A stretch of 63,513 nucleotides of DNA, filler included, from Welwitschia mirabilis (lineage: Eukaryota), in NCBI GenBank assembly GCA_051453625.1. It is 6 parts of one record of this genome, joined end to end, with 100 filler letters (N's around TTAATTAATTAA, not from the genome) between each part and the next. Parts side by side here need not be neighbours in the genome. Positions count along the whole stretch, not along the records: positions 13,124 to 32,308 come from JBOZIK010000001.1; positions 32,409 to 36,590 come from JBOZIK010000001.1; 4 more parts are not named here. The stretch is one strand, 5' to 3'. The position numbers and the translations under genes are program-made. The notes beneath the pieces were generated by a model that was not told the origin of the DNA, ran no database searches, and was given only the letters and a program-made list of their open reading frames with translations. Within the stretch, counting starts at the first letter, position 1; every line of letters begins with the position of its first letter. Shown piece after piece: positions 22,790 through 35,585 of this stretch.

Positions 22790-24710
22790 AAGGGTTTGGT
22801 TTGGCTTGGGCAATACATGGTTCTAAGCCAAAACAATTGATTTGTATGTTTTGTGAAAGAAAGTTCTCTGGTGGGTTTTGTGATTGAAATTAAGTTGAAT
22901 AAAACCACTGGCCATTGCTTCTTGCCTTGAGGCACGAACTAAAGTGAAACAAAAATGCCAAAGGTGGTGGAAAGGAGTTGAAACAAAGATTGAGGCAAAG
23001 GAGGCAAGAATGGAACAATCTTTTTAACATTTTTCTCTTCTATTTAAGTGGGTTCCAATTACAAATGCTAAACAATAAGGTTATCCCAAGCACTGAAGGT
23101 GGATATCAAGGGCTGGGGCCTTTACTCTTGTCTCATGACATTCACTGGACCAATGACAACTGGCTATCTCTAGGATTTGACATCACTAGCGAGGTGGCTT
23201 CATGGATAGAGCTCAAAGGGCATGTACATCTCTTTGATTTTGTTGTAGGATTTGATTTTTTTCCTTTTTTTTAAACCCTACTTTTACAACACCCAGTACA
23301 CCTCCCACCATTGAATGAATGATTGCTTGGAGTAAGGATGTTTGTAAAGGAGTAAGAAAACTTAGTGATTTTTGCATGGTCTTACGCATGGGCCCTCCTC
23401 TCCAATGCATCGTAGAGTTCCTTTTTTTAGAAGATGATTGATGCTACTATTAAAATAAGTTCAAGATTTAGAGCCTTTACTTATCAACAATTATGAGGGC
23501 CCTTACATAATATGTTAGGGATTTTGAGGAATAAAAGAATTAACACAATTGAAAAAAGGACTTGAGAATCCTTCCATGGTTCCACGGAAGTAATGCAGAG
23601 CTTTCTTATTAATCGAGAATCCAAGGATACAAGCTGTCCTCGATGGCTGAGCACGGTGTCACACCACACCATAATGGCTATAATACTCAAACCCTCAAAT
23701 CCTTTTTCTGGAATTGGATGCTTCTTAGCTCTCTTCCCCTTAAATAGATCCCTTAGGGTTAAAACCCTTATCTTTCCATGATTTAACATCAATTCAAAAT
23801 TGCAATGGCATTTTCAATATAAGGACTTTACTGGCCTCTATTTTCGTTTTTCCTTTTCTTTTATAAGTATTTTAAAGATTACATGAAAGGAGGAATAATA
23901 AAAGTGAAGATTTGGCTACACTCTAACATAAGTCAGTTGCAAAGCATGGGATAAGAATTTCCTTCAAGGAAAGACAAAACACAATTTTCGGTTCAACATT
24001 CTACAAATTTACTTGGTGATTTTAATTTTTAACATTTTAAGTTATTTATTGAATGTTTTAAACTTTCAAATTTGTAGCGGATTAGGAAGAAATGTGGATG
24101 CCCTTACATGGCTGATGTGGGGGCTAGCTGAAAAAGAGAACACTTGTTAACTTCTTTGTAACCATATGCAAGGGAACAATGTTCATGACATTCATTGATG
24201 CTACAAAAGATGTAAAGACATGATTGTTTACCCTCTTTATTTAAGGACATAGTCGATTTGGGTTTGAACATCATATTCAAGTAATCACAGATGCCTCAAA
24301 TTTTGAGAAGGTAGGGGATGGGTTGATGAAACACGAGTATTTATTGAAGTCCTTTTACTGCCCATTTCCTTAACTTGTTACTAGAGTATCTTAAAAATCG
24401 AGAGCATTGTAAAGGTACTTTCCTACCTATGAATTTTAATATTTATTGAATCCCTGCTTTTTTTTTTGTCATACTTGAGTTTTTAGTTTTCCACTTAGTG
24501 TTTATTGTGTAAGTTCAGTTCCTTTGAAAAATGCTCATGTAGGCAATAACTGGAGCAAAACAAATTTGTAAGTTTGTTTATGACCATGCATTGTTCTTAG
24601 CCTTATGAGGAGGCATACTAGAGGGAAGGAGCTTATTGGACTTGCTTCCACTTGCTTGGCCACATCCTTTCTCGCACCAAAGAGTTGAGAGAGCTAAAGG
24701 CTTCAACTTA
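22790..24710 (+). pseudogene. Decayed hAT transposase (BED zinc finger + DUF659 region)
   Basis: LICMFCERKFSGG near 22830; KMIDA...FRAFTYQQL*GPL near 23430-23510; KCGC.YMAD...LVNFFV..KGTMFMTFIDAT, IQVITDASNF, AHFLNLLLE at 24080-24400; intron-like GT..AG, then AKQICKFVYDH..LSLMRRHTRGKELI...TCLATSFL. Confidence 0.8.
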
Positions 24711-24959
24711 TGCTAGCTTTTGCCTTAGATGATTGGTTGCACAAAGAAGACTTTCCCCGTTTCCATTCTTCTTTAGATGAGGGAGACACGTATTTGCACA
24801 AATTATGTTGTTTTTGCAATTTATTATTATCTTGTCATAGAGATTTGCTGAAAACTCTATAAAAAAAAAACTCTTATGATTCCACATGATTCCAACTTGT
24901 GATTTCGACAATTCCACAATTTGCGATCTCCAAAATGGGGGAAAACAACTTCCATGGGT

Positions 24960-25200
24960 GATCTGATTTGTCTAAGTATGATAGAACTCTCTAGAAGTTT
25001 CTAGATGAATAATGTTGCTTAGAAGCCTTTAGACTCATGGAATCTTATAGAAATTTCTAGATCTATCTTCGTAATTTTAACTTTCTTTAATACCCTCGAG
25101 GTGATTTTATAACATAATCAACCTTTACGACATTAAATGGGTCAGTGTTAAATAAAGGCTATCAACAACAAGGTTTCAGAGGATAAGCATATGATGATCT
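24960..25200 (-). repeat. Partial LTR of the same family as 27393-27814 and 25850-26073
   Basis: Shared CTAGA-rich tract and ATACCC..AGGTGATTT..TAACATAATC...GGGTCA.TGTTAAA motif. Confidence 0.6.
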
Positions 25201-25849
25201 CGCTAGATATTTTAGTTGGAGTTTTGTGATAAGAATGATAAGTGTTTTATTTTTGTAATCATGTATTTTGACAATGTGGTGAGGGTGCTCAAAATAAAAG
25301 AAAGCCATGATTCTACATCTCACGATGCTAAATGTAATAGTCATTTGTTACTCTCAAGTTTTGTTAGGAAGAAGGAAGAGATGAGGAAATCAATTTCTTG
25401 GAATGCTACAAATAGAAACATGTGAGAAGATTTTTTTTGTAAAATAATAGGGAAAAATCTAAAGATGCAAATCTTTTTCTTTAATTGCCCTTTTTTTCTT
25501 TGTTTATTTCTTTGGTTTATTCATTTAGAGAATTACATATACAACGATCTTAATAACTTTTCAATTTTTGTGTTTGGATTTATTATTGAGCTGTACTTTT
25601 AGTAGTAAGGGAGACTTTTATGTTGATGTAGAAATTGAGGGATTTGATTGCTTTGAACCATGTTTTATTCCCACACATCTGATATAGGATCTTAGAGTTT
25701 CTAGGGTTTTTGAAAGGCCGTAGTTCCAACTCTAAAAGGAACTATTGATAGAGAGCTTTTAGTTCTCTGTATGTGTAGGAACTATTGGTGAAGAGCATCA
25801 ACCAATAATACTTGGTACATCTTCCCAACCTCAAACGAGTTTATATAGA

Positions 25850-27814
25850 GTTAGAATAGAACCTTATAGAAATCCTTAGGCTTATAGAACTCTTTAGAAG
25901 CTTTTGAACCAATAGAGCCTTATAAAAACCTCTACACCTAACCCTTCTATTTTAACTTTATTTGAATGCCCCAAAGGCAATTTTATAACGTAAATACCTT
26001 CTATAACATTTAAATAGGGTCATTGTTAAAACATGACGTCATACAATGAATAAAGATATAAATTTAGTCTCACAATATGATAACTATGCACTTCAAGATA
26101 AATTTAGCAGCCTTTATAGCAAACAAGAATTGCAACCAAACTATAGAATGACAAACAAGAAAAATTCATGCCCACAACTAACAAACGTGAACGAAAATAA
26201 GTAGAAGAATTAACTAGGGGCACACCACCTTTTAGGAAGCATCTTTGCACAAAATGTTCAACCTGAACCAAGTGTCCTCCAGCCAACAAACAAAAGATAA
26301 TATCAAACCAACACGAGTCAATACAACCTTCAAAATGTCTATGCATGTGCATTCCAAAACAGTCAACAACCCAAAACCAAGATGGGCAAAATGGACACGA
26401 ACAATGAAAACCCCAAGTGAACAATTTATGAGTCCCATTGGTATAGGTCATGGTGGTAGGGGAACACACCATCCCTTGGCTTAGAAAGTATTACAGAGCA
26501 AGTTCCTTCACAATAATAATGTTGACCTATTTTGAAAGCTCAACCATATTAAAAAAGGTATTATTCTTTTTAAGCCCTAAGTAGTTTCTTTCCTCATGTC
26601 CAATCTTTTAAAGATGATAGCATCTTAGATGTTTTCCTTTTTCCCACACCATGTTTCCATTTAGCACTAGAGAGTCACCTATAGATGAAGTTCCAATATT
26701 GATTTGACCAATGAAAAATCTCAAATTGGCCACTTCATTGAAGTTCAATGAACATAGAGTATTGCTAATTGATATTGTCACATCGTTGTTCCAAAATTTG
26801 AACATCAGAATAAGCAAAGTAATTGCCTTGTCCTCATTAGAGTTGTTCATGCCCACGACAAGCACTTATGAAACACTAGAATTAAACTATTTTGGATAGT
26901 GGACCATGCCTTTAATTTGCTTTAAGGTTTAGATAACACAACGTTTGATCGAGGAAAAGTACGTTAACACGAATTCTTGCTTGTTAGAAGCTCTTTAGTT
27001 TACTTCACAAATCAATTGCAAACTTTTCATCTTATACGCTTGTGAGAATTGAACGGCGGATAATTGCTAACGCCTTGTAGTCTATTTTGTCCCACTCAGC
27101 TAAAGGGATAACAATAGGTTTTGTAATTGGTCTCTTTTAAGCAAAACCAAGATCTTGCTTATATCATAACTCTTTTACTTTCAACCTCCAAAGCTCACAG
27201 TTCTTGCCATAAAAATTGTTTATCAAAATTTTGTTTCCCTCCATTACTCCCATGTCGCGCACTAAAATAGGAGTACTAGGTTAACAAATAAAAATGTTGT
27301 TGCTGTAAGCCCATGGCTCTACTCAACAATAATTAATTAAACAATATCAAAATCAAAGCCTTGGAGTTTGAGTCCATGACTTTGATACTATGTGTTATGA
27401 AAATCAACTATATGAAACAATGAACAAAGAAAAACTTAAAGCAATGATAAACAAAGACAACAATTTAACATGGTTTGAGCCCTTTTTGCCTTATGTCCAC
27501 AAACAATATAATGCTCTTTGATTATTAGAATAGCCCGAATACAGAAGTGACTTTAATAGCTAAAGCATCAAGTAGAAATATCTTGTACAATTTTTCAACC
27601 TCAAAGGAGGTTTATACAATGCTATGGTAGAAGCTTGTAGAATTCTTTAAAAGATCTAGTCTTGGAGAATCTTCTAGAAACCTTTAGATCTACCCTCTTT
27701 ATTTTTTGATACCCCAAGGTGATTTCATAACATAATCACCTTTCACAACATTGGAGAGGGTCAATGTTAAAACATAAAATTATGAAGGGAATGAATATAT
27801 AAATTTAGTTTCCA
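25850..27814 (-). mobile_element. Tork-like copia remnant: 5' LTR (27393-27814), PBS, gag fragments, partial second LTR (25850-26073); no pol
   Basis: PBS-like rc TAGTATCAAAGTC near 27378-27390; gag NFYGKNCELWRLK..YKQDL..EWDKIDYKALAII and EDKAITLL...ISISN...LNFNEV. Confidence 0.7.
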
Positions 27815-28298
27815 GTTATGACACCCCCATCATTTCCCTTATCCTTCTCATCATTGTTATCTCCATTTCTCCTCCTTATTGTCGTTATTGTAGTAATCTT
27901 TGTCTTTGCTAGTATTCTTGCCACCACCAAAATTTTAAAAAGATTTTTGCCAATCTTCATTAAAAGATCAAATAGGAACTGGCATAATCAAACTTTGTGC
28001 TAGTTAATTGATAAAGCTTGTTGGTATAAATCATTGTGACTGTTAGGAATATCTACAAAAAATCAGAGTTTTTGGTCTCCTAATGGTTTTATGACTCTTA
28101 CCAAATGATTCATTCGGTGTTTAATTCAAGAAATTTATAAAGGTAGTTGCAACCAATATCTTATGTTAGAAAAAGTGGCATCACATCTTTCTCTTTTATT
28201 ATGTTTTCTTTATTTTTACTTTTATTGAGTAAATGTCCTGCCCTTTTAAATGTTGTAAATGGATATTTATCATTTATATTATGTTTGCGTGTGTGTGA

Positions 28299-28581
28299 AC
28301 CATGACTTAGGTGGAAAGTAGAACCCTTTATATTCACCTACTTGTCAGGCTAGGCATGCGGAGCACATAACCAACAATCTCCTTATCGATCAACATCCTG
28401 ATGCTCACATGAACTAGGAAGGCACCGAGGAGATTCAAACCCGAAACCAAACCAAAACAGTGGCTTGATGCCAATTGTTGGACCAATTACCATCATACCA
28501 AAAGCCATGACTCACGTGGAAACTAGAGCCCTTCATATTTACTCACTCATCAGGCTGGGCATGGGGAGTACATACCCAATA
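28299..28581 (-). mobile_element. TRIM (terminal-repeat retrotransposon in miniature)
   Basis: Two short direct repeats (28299-28376, truncated, and 28476-28581) around a 99-bp core with rc PBS TGGCATCAAGCC next to one LTR and rc PPT AAGGAGAT next to the other. Confidence 0.75.
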
Positions 28582-28639
28582 TAGGTCACCATCAACTCAT
28601 GGTTACTTTAGGGTTTTAACCTTAAAATGAGTCTTTAAA

Positions 28640-28850
28640 AAGGAGGTATGTGTTGAGGGAAGAGGTATTATAAGGTTTTTGGCTGTTGCTTTAGCTATGG
28701 AAGAAAGCTTGTGTCTTTGGGGTTGTTTTAATCTAAGAGAAAGCTACATTGTTTTGTGAAGGTAGGGCAGAAAAGGTCAAAACCGCATTCATCTTTGTGT
28801 CTCTTTTTGCTAGTGCTGCCTTTTATTTTCTACTGTGTGTTTGTAATACC
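28640..28850 (+). repeat. Degenerate copia-type LTR fragment
   Basis: Similar to 10030-10260 and 38570-38830. Confidence 0.55.
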
Positions 28851-29133
28851 TAAGACATATTGTTTCAATAGAGATTTTGAAGATGCATTCTTTGGGAAAA
28901 TTGTGATGTTGCTCTTTGGCATGTAAGTTGCATTCAAGATCTATTATTATGACATTATGCTACAACTCATCACTCAAGTCTAATCTTAGTATTGCTATGT
29001 ACTTCTCAGAGGCCAATTTCTGTTTATGCAAGTTGTCTTCTTCTTCTTCTTTTTTTTGGTTGTAAAGCTTGGGTTTTAGTCCAGCTTTGATCTGTGTACA
29101 GTGCATTATTTTACTGATCCCTTCACATGACAG

Positions 29134-29211
29134 GCGATGTTGTGCAAAAATGAACAGTGCACAGTTCGGATGCATGAGTATTGTGCTCAAAGGAAGTTCC
29201 AGCTTCCTCAG
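29134..29211 (+). CDS. NSE1: Single internal exon resembling the RING-like domain of NSE1 (SMC5/6 complex subunit)
   Basis: CAG acceptor with upstream CTGAT branch-like site, GTAGG donor, 78 bp, phase 0/0, open: AMLCKNEQCTVRMHEYCAQRKFQLPQ. Same C-x4-C-x4-H-x2-C spacing as recalled plant NSE1 (AELCPTEGCPVRIHKYCL). Downstream DNA is T-rich and intron-like. Confidence 0.65.
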
Positions 29212-30231
29212 GTAGGCTTTAACTTATTAATTATTCAGTGTAAGATGTATTTTCAGGTAACCATTTTAGGGAAGTCAGACATACAAATGCCTCTACTGAT
29301 TTCTTTTGATGCATATACATTTGTTTGATTAAAATATATATAGATTGAACCATGTTTCTGTGGTTCACACATCATGCTTCTTGTTGCTTTTGGGGGAAAA
29401 AAACTCAGTTGTACTCAGATAGGTCTTTGTTTCAGAGCCTAATGCAGACTTCATGTTTGAATTCTTTCAAACATAATGTGGCTGTAGTTTTCCTATATCA
29501 TTGATTTTAATGTACTAGATTGAGTTGTCATTACACATAATGCAATTTTGCGTCTCCTGCATCATTGATTGTCGGAATATTTCATGCTTCAGAATGGTGA
29601 GGTTCACCCGATGATTCTGTGTGTCAGTTTTTCGCTAGCAAGAGCTAAATGTACCTTGCTTGAATATCATAAAAGTATAGTTTGCTAAATGGGCAGAGTT
29701 TTGGTAGGGAGTTGGTAGTAATAATAACTTCAGAAGTCCTACAAAAGGTCTATAATGCTTGATATTTTTTTCTATCACAATTATTTTGCAAATAATTTTT
29801 TTTGGACATGCTTTTGTTAAATTTTTATGAACTAAATTTTATGGATGCTTCTGTACTGTCTTGGTATGTCAGAAATGTCTCCTATAAGGAAATATTGATG
29901 GAATCTTACTAAATTATATATAGTGATTTTGTAATCTGCTCTTTTACAAGTTCACGTGTTTCTTAATGGATAATTATACCAATAATGATTCAGCCTCTTT
30001 TAAACTTTTTTCTGGCCTATGGATGATTACACCAAAAATATGTGCCTCCTGCCCCTTTGTACCAAAGTGTCTGTCTGTAATCTCCCTGAAAACCTAGATT
30101 GCCTAGGTTCTTTGTGGCTTTGTCAATCAAGTGGGTGATGGTTGCTCAATTCATTATTCAACAGTCAATGCTGAGTCATATGGTACTATATTGGCAGCAA
30201 GGGATCCATTATGAAATATCGCTATGGAATT

Positions 30232-30540
30232 CTAGGATCTTAGAGGGAGGGAGATTATAGTTTTTTAAATTGGCAGCAAGTCATCCATATAATAAAACCA
30301 GTAGCTATAACGCGTTAACGGTGAAATAACTTTTTTGAACTAGATATTAACAAGAAACAAGAAACAAGAAACAACACAAAAATCGCCAAACACAATTTAA
30401 GGTGTTTCGGGATAATCATGTATCTACTTTTGGAAGATAGCCAAAAAGGCAAGAACCAAAGCTGTTCTGGACCTTCGTTACAAAGAATTCAAGGTTTTCC
30501 ACATCCACCTTTGACCTTGTCCTTTTCTATGAAAACTCTC
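30232..30540 (-). repeat. Probable Sirevirus-type LTR 3' portion
   Basis: TAGGATCTTAGAGGGAGGGAGATTA (rc C-rich motif) followed by an A-rich U5-like tract. Confidence 0.45.
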
Positions 30541-30659
30541 ATCGTGATCAAAGGAACCAGACTAAAGAATGATAATACGAGTCTGAGGTGCCTAGATTCA
30601 TTCATCGCTACAATATCAACCTTCATTGATACAATTTGTTCCAAAATTTGCTCATTATG

Positions 30660-32094
30660 TCAAAAACCTTAGACACATCGCTTGGATTCCAAAAACATCT
30701 ATAAAGCCTCCTTATTAAAACTGCGTTAAAGGCTACTAATCATACCTGCTGGTATCTTGATATTGGATGTTCAAGACATATGACAAATCAAACTTCATCA
30801 ATTTCAAGGAGTGTGATGGAGGAAAAGTGACGTTTAGAAACAACAAAAAGGCAAGGATTGAAGGTCATTGGAGGCATTGGTGGAGTTAATCTACCAAATA
30901 TAAATGAAGTTTTGTATGTGAATGGTCTTAAGCACAATCTACTAAGTAATAGTCAAATATGTGATAAGGGACATAAAGTGTTGTTTGATGCTAAAAATTG
31001 TATGGTGAAACATGGCACAACCGATCAAGTGTTACTTGAAGCAAATAGACAAAAAAAGTTTGTACTGTGTAACCCAATCAAGTGAAAATTCTTGCATGAT
31101 AGCATAGATTTAAGAAGATGTCCTATGGCCTCAGAGATTAGGTGTTCTAAGCTTTGACAATCTAATGAAAGTATGCCATGGTGAGTATGTTAGAGGTCGA
31201 CCCAAAATATTGTTACTTTCAAGGTTAATGTGGTGTTTGTCAGGAAGGAAAACAAACAACGGCCTCACATAAGAGCAATAGCGCAGTCACTACAAGCATG
31301 CCCTTGGACCTTACACACACGGATCTTGTAGGACCAATTCAAACTGCAAGTCTATTAGGTAAATGCTATTTTTTTGTCATGGTTGATGATTACTTCAGAT
31401 TTACTTTGGTAGCATTTTTGAGATTAGAATTAGGTGCCTATGAAAAATTTCCGAGAAACTACAAAGAAAAAAAGGATATGTTACTAGAAAAATTAGNNNN
31501 NNNNNNAAAAATTAGAAGTGATCTTCGCAAGGAATTCAAAAATATAAAATTTGAAAACTATTGTGCTGAAAATGGCATTGAGCATGAATTCTCAGCTTCA
31601 AAGACTTCTCGACAAGACGGGGTAGTTGAAAGAAAAAATCGTACGCTTTTGGATATGGCCAAGGTGATGCTAAATGACAGAGCTATTCAAAAAAGGTTTT
31701 GGGTAGAGGCAATAAACGCAGCTTGTCATATCAGCATTAGAGTTTATTTAAGGCTAGGTACTGATGAAACTCGTTATGAGTTTTGGAAGGGTAAGAGCCC
31801 AACGTCTCATATTTCAAGACTATTGCTAGTAGATGCTTCATTTTGAAAGTAATAACCAAATTTGACCCTAAATTAGAGTAAGGAATTTTCTTGGGATACT
31901 CTTCATCAAGCAGAGCTTATGGAGTATACAATAAACGTAGTTTACACGTGGAAGAATCAACCACTATAAAAATTCATGATTTCCTAGACAAAACTAATAA
32001 TTTTGATGATAGTACAGACTTAGTTCCACCAAACTTTTACTATGACAAGATTTATTTCAGGTTAAACTTTTAGTATGATAAGGTTTATTCCACC
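30660..32094 (+). pseudogene. Sirevirus-type copia pol fragment: protease to integrase core
   Basis: WYLDIGCSRHMT, GLKHNLLS.SQICDKG, PLDLTHTDLVGP, VDDYFRFT, KIRSD..KEF, QDGVVERKNRTL, GYSSSSRAYGVYN. Confidence 0.9.
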
Positions 32095-32308
32095 TGTTAA
32101 GAATAGCAGCACAAAACAACAGAAACAGGAAGCAAAACAACACACAGGAATTGACGTGGAAAACCCCGATGTGGGGAAAATCATGGAAGCAATGCAGAGC
32201 TCTTTTAATAGTTTAAGAAGAATGGTTCAATAACATAAGCCGTCCTCGATAGCCAGAGTGTTCTGAGTGTCTTACACCTCCCTCAAGGCCCTTCCCCTTA
32301 AATAGGCT
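32095..32308 (-). repeat. Copia LTR 3' part interrupting the pol fragment
   Basis: Starts TGTTAAG on plus; GTGGAAAACCCC and AAGCAATGCA motifs shared with 35586-36100. Confidence 0.65.
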
Positions 32309-32408
32309 NNNNNNNNNNNNNNNNNNNNNNNNNNNNNNNNNNNNNNNNNNNNTTAATTAATTAANNNNNNNNNNNNNNNNNNNNNNNNNNNNNNNNNNNN
32401 NNNNNNNN

Positions 32409-33151
32409 ACGAGATCTCTTATCAGGTTGACTGGACTGAACTTGGCCAACAATGGTGGTCGATTGAATAAGTCATAGGGTCGACCAACCAGTTGGCAGCT
32501 GAAAAATGGCGTCAAACAGACTAGCATGGGTAACAGATTTAAATGTTATTTCTAGCCATTAGCTTACCCAATTAGACCGTTAAATGTGTCAAAAATCCAT
32601 GCTTTCAATCCAACAGCTATTATCCATATATAAGGTTGTATAAGGATTGAAGCTAGACATGATGCTCAAATGAAAAGTGATCCATACTCTCTGATCAAAA
32701 ACTTCTCTCTCTAGAATCTCCCTTCTCATCACTGTACCTACCTCTAGATTGTATCTGAGCTGCAATGCCCCATCACTTGTACGTGCATTAGTGTGAATCT
32801 GAGCACCAAGGTATCACTGTGTCCATCACACCTAAAAGCATTCTGAAGGTTGAGACTTAGCCTGCAAAAGTATTTACTATAAAGTTTGAAAGTTAGCCTC
32901 AAAGGCCTTGTGATTTGTGAAGTAATAAGGATCCGGCACAATCCTAGCTGTTAGCTGTCTTCCAAAAGTGAAGTAGGGGTTATCCCGAACTACTATATAT
33001 TTTGTGTCTTGTGCATTTTTTTGGGTGTGGTTCTGAGTTTATTTTGTTATAACTGTACATTTCATAAATTACATTTTGAGTAGTAACAGTTCTTTAAAGT
33101 AATTTTTAAAACCCTATTCAACCCTCTTCCAGCACTATCCTGATCCCATCA
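32409..33151 (+). repeat. Sirevirus-type LTR (solo or 3' LTR)
   Basis: TATA box CATATATAAG near 32625; TTTTAAAACCCTATTCAACCCTCT...GATCCCATCA end; no clear PBS following. Confidence 0.7.
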
Positions 33152-34119
33152 AGTAATTCATCCACTCAAATGCATTATGAACGTTGAATTCCCAAACCTT
33201 GAGCCAAATTCTGGAAGGGAAAAAAAAAAGAGGGTAAAGAAGAGAAGGAGCATTTTACAATGTTTTAAACCATTGTCGATCAAATCAAAAATTAGTCATG
33301 CAAAAAGTGGCCAAGTGTTTTGGCAAGTTGTCAAATAATCAGATCCCTATGGTAACTCATGCTACAGTTATCAAAACAATGATTAAATCAATCAACTTTC
33401 ACTGGGAAAGTTATACTATTTCAGGTCCAATAGTTTTCACCTCTTAGGAAGCTGATACCCCATCCAAGATGGACCAGCTGTTATGTACAGAACATGTGAT
33501 TAGCCAATGGCTCAGTTTATACCGGAGGAGGAAAAAGGGCCACTAACGAATCAAAGTGATTGATTTTTATACAACGTAGCTTCTAACAGGACTCACAGCT
33601 CTCAAAAAAAAAAAAAATTGAATAATGCAAATTATGAAATTGATAGAGTATGTACTCCTAAGCTTTTGAGTTCAGTTTAGAAAATTGATTTGGGCAATCA
33701 GGATTCAAGCTACATAATTTAGTCACATTCATTGTTAGCCTATTTAAATTTTGATGATTCAAATATGCCTAACATAAATCGGTAAGGCTGGAGGACATCC
33801 GTTCGATTGGCACTAGTCTACTATTTTACATGATTTAAAAAGCAGAATCTGATTTCCATCACAGCAAACAACTGTGAAAACAGTAAAATAACAAACAGAA
33901 AAGGAAGAACAAAGAGAGATTTTATATGGTTCAGCCACTTTCTAGACCATCTCCACAGGAAAATAGTACAAAGCTTTTATTACAATAGCTTTGAGTATTA
34001 CAAGGCAGCTGTGGGAATGAAGTCGAATCATTAATTTTCTCTTTTCTTCCTTTTTTTAATATCATTGGCTATTTGTATGTGGGTCCCATATGTTTCATTC
34101 TTTACTCATGTGAGGTCAT

Positions 34120-35480
34120 TAAAATCCATTAAGAGGGGGTTAATGTTGGGTCACCTTATTAGGGTTTTACTCTAATGTTCATTACAAAAGAGGATGTGTG
34201 TCTGGTTGAGATATATGGGTGTAAAGCCTTTTCATAGCTAACAAGAGCTCTCCAATATGCCACACACATAAGGGTAAAAAGACCTGAACCATGTCAATTT
34301 GTGTCTGTCTTTATGCTTGCTTGTTTTGTTTTCTGTTTGTTGTTTCTTTGTTTTTCTATTGTGAGTTTTTAATAAGTCGTGTTAGAGGTTTAGCAGTGGT
34401 TGACTAATAGTGGCTACCACCCAGCAGCAACCAGTACTGTGAAAGTGTGTGCATCGTGCCGTGTTATTGCTGCCCTTTAGCGAGTTCAGTTCTATGTAGT
34501 TTTGGTTACTAATCTACTAGTCATTAATTTGTGAGCGAAGTGAAGTAAGACAGTCTAAGCAAAGCTGAGTAAAGCAGACCGCACTATTGTAGCAAAGAAA
34601 GCAGAGAGAGCAAGCGAAGTAAGCGAGCATTACAAGTGCAATGGAAATAAGATATGGATCAAAGTAAATAGAGAAAAGCTATAACACACAGCAAATTGTA
34701 GCAAGCCCGCGCATGCATAAACACATGTGTTCAGAATTCTTTTGGGTGTTTTTACAATCAATTGTTGACATTCATACAATTCTGCGATTTCAATTCGTAT
34801 TGTTGGGGTTTCAGAAAAAGCAAAATGGAGCATTTGCCGACAATAGATTTGCTTGTTTGTGAAAACTGGAACATTTGAAGCATCACAATGAAGGATATTC
34901 TTTCCCGAAAGGATTGCATTAATGCTCTGCACACAACAATGCCTTCGAGAAGGGACGATGAAGATTGGAAAAGGATGAAACTGATGGGCCTTTGTTTCAT
35001 CTGTCCTTATGTAAACAGTAAGATATTGACGTTCTTGACCAACGAGACTAACCCTACCATTCTCTGACTAAAGCTAAAGAACTGGTTTGGCAAGGCATCT
35101 AGATTGAATCAATTCCATGTGTATTGAAAAGTTCCCAACACAAAGATGGAGGAAGGACTCACTCTTCAAGATCATTTGGACGAGATCATGGTGGCTATGG
35201 TCAAGTTTGAAGAATATTGCATCAAACTTCATGACACTATGAAAAGCTATGCAGTGTTCCACTTTCTACCTGAATCTCAAGATTTGACAATGATTGCCAT
35301 CACAACATCCAAGAGCACCAGTTTTGTTCCTTTTGATATTGTGATCTCCCTGCTATAAGGTGCAAAACAAAAGGGAGGTACTTAAGGTGAAATCCTATGG
35401 AGATGCCTTGGCAGTAAATGAGTCAGGAAATGTGATCAATCCAAGAGGAGTAAAGCTGAGGAGCTTCTCATGGAAAAACA
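34120..35480 (+). mobile_element. Copia remnant: LTR part, degenerate PBS, gag
   Basis: gag ENWNI*SITMKDILSRKDC...EDWKRM, MEEGLTLQDHLD...FLPES; related to the gag at 49044-49350 (minus). Confidence 0.65.
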
Positions 35481-35585
35481 ATGTTAGTGTTGGGTTCTCA
35501 CCCAATCTTCCTCCTTCTTTTGAGACGATTGCATAAACAAGAGGGTAGTGGAGAGGTCTAGACAAGTGGATCTAAAGTTTTTCTC

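Noticed and set aside
28872..28922. AG...GTAAGT-bounded segment as the preceding NSE1 exon
   Set aside because: No frame gives the expected C-x2-C-NEA motif.
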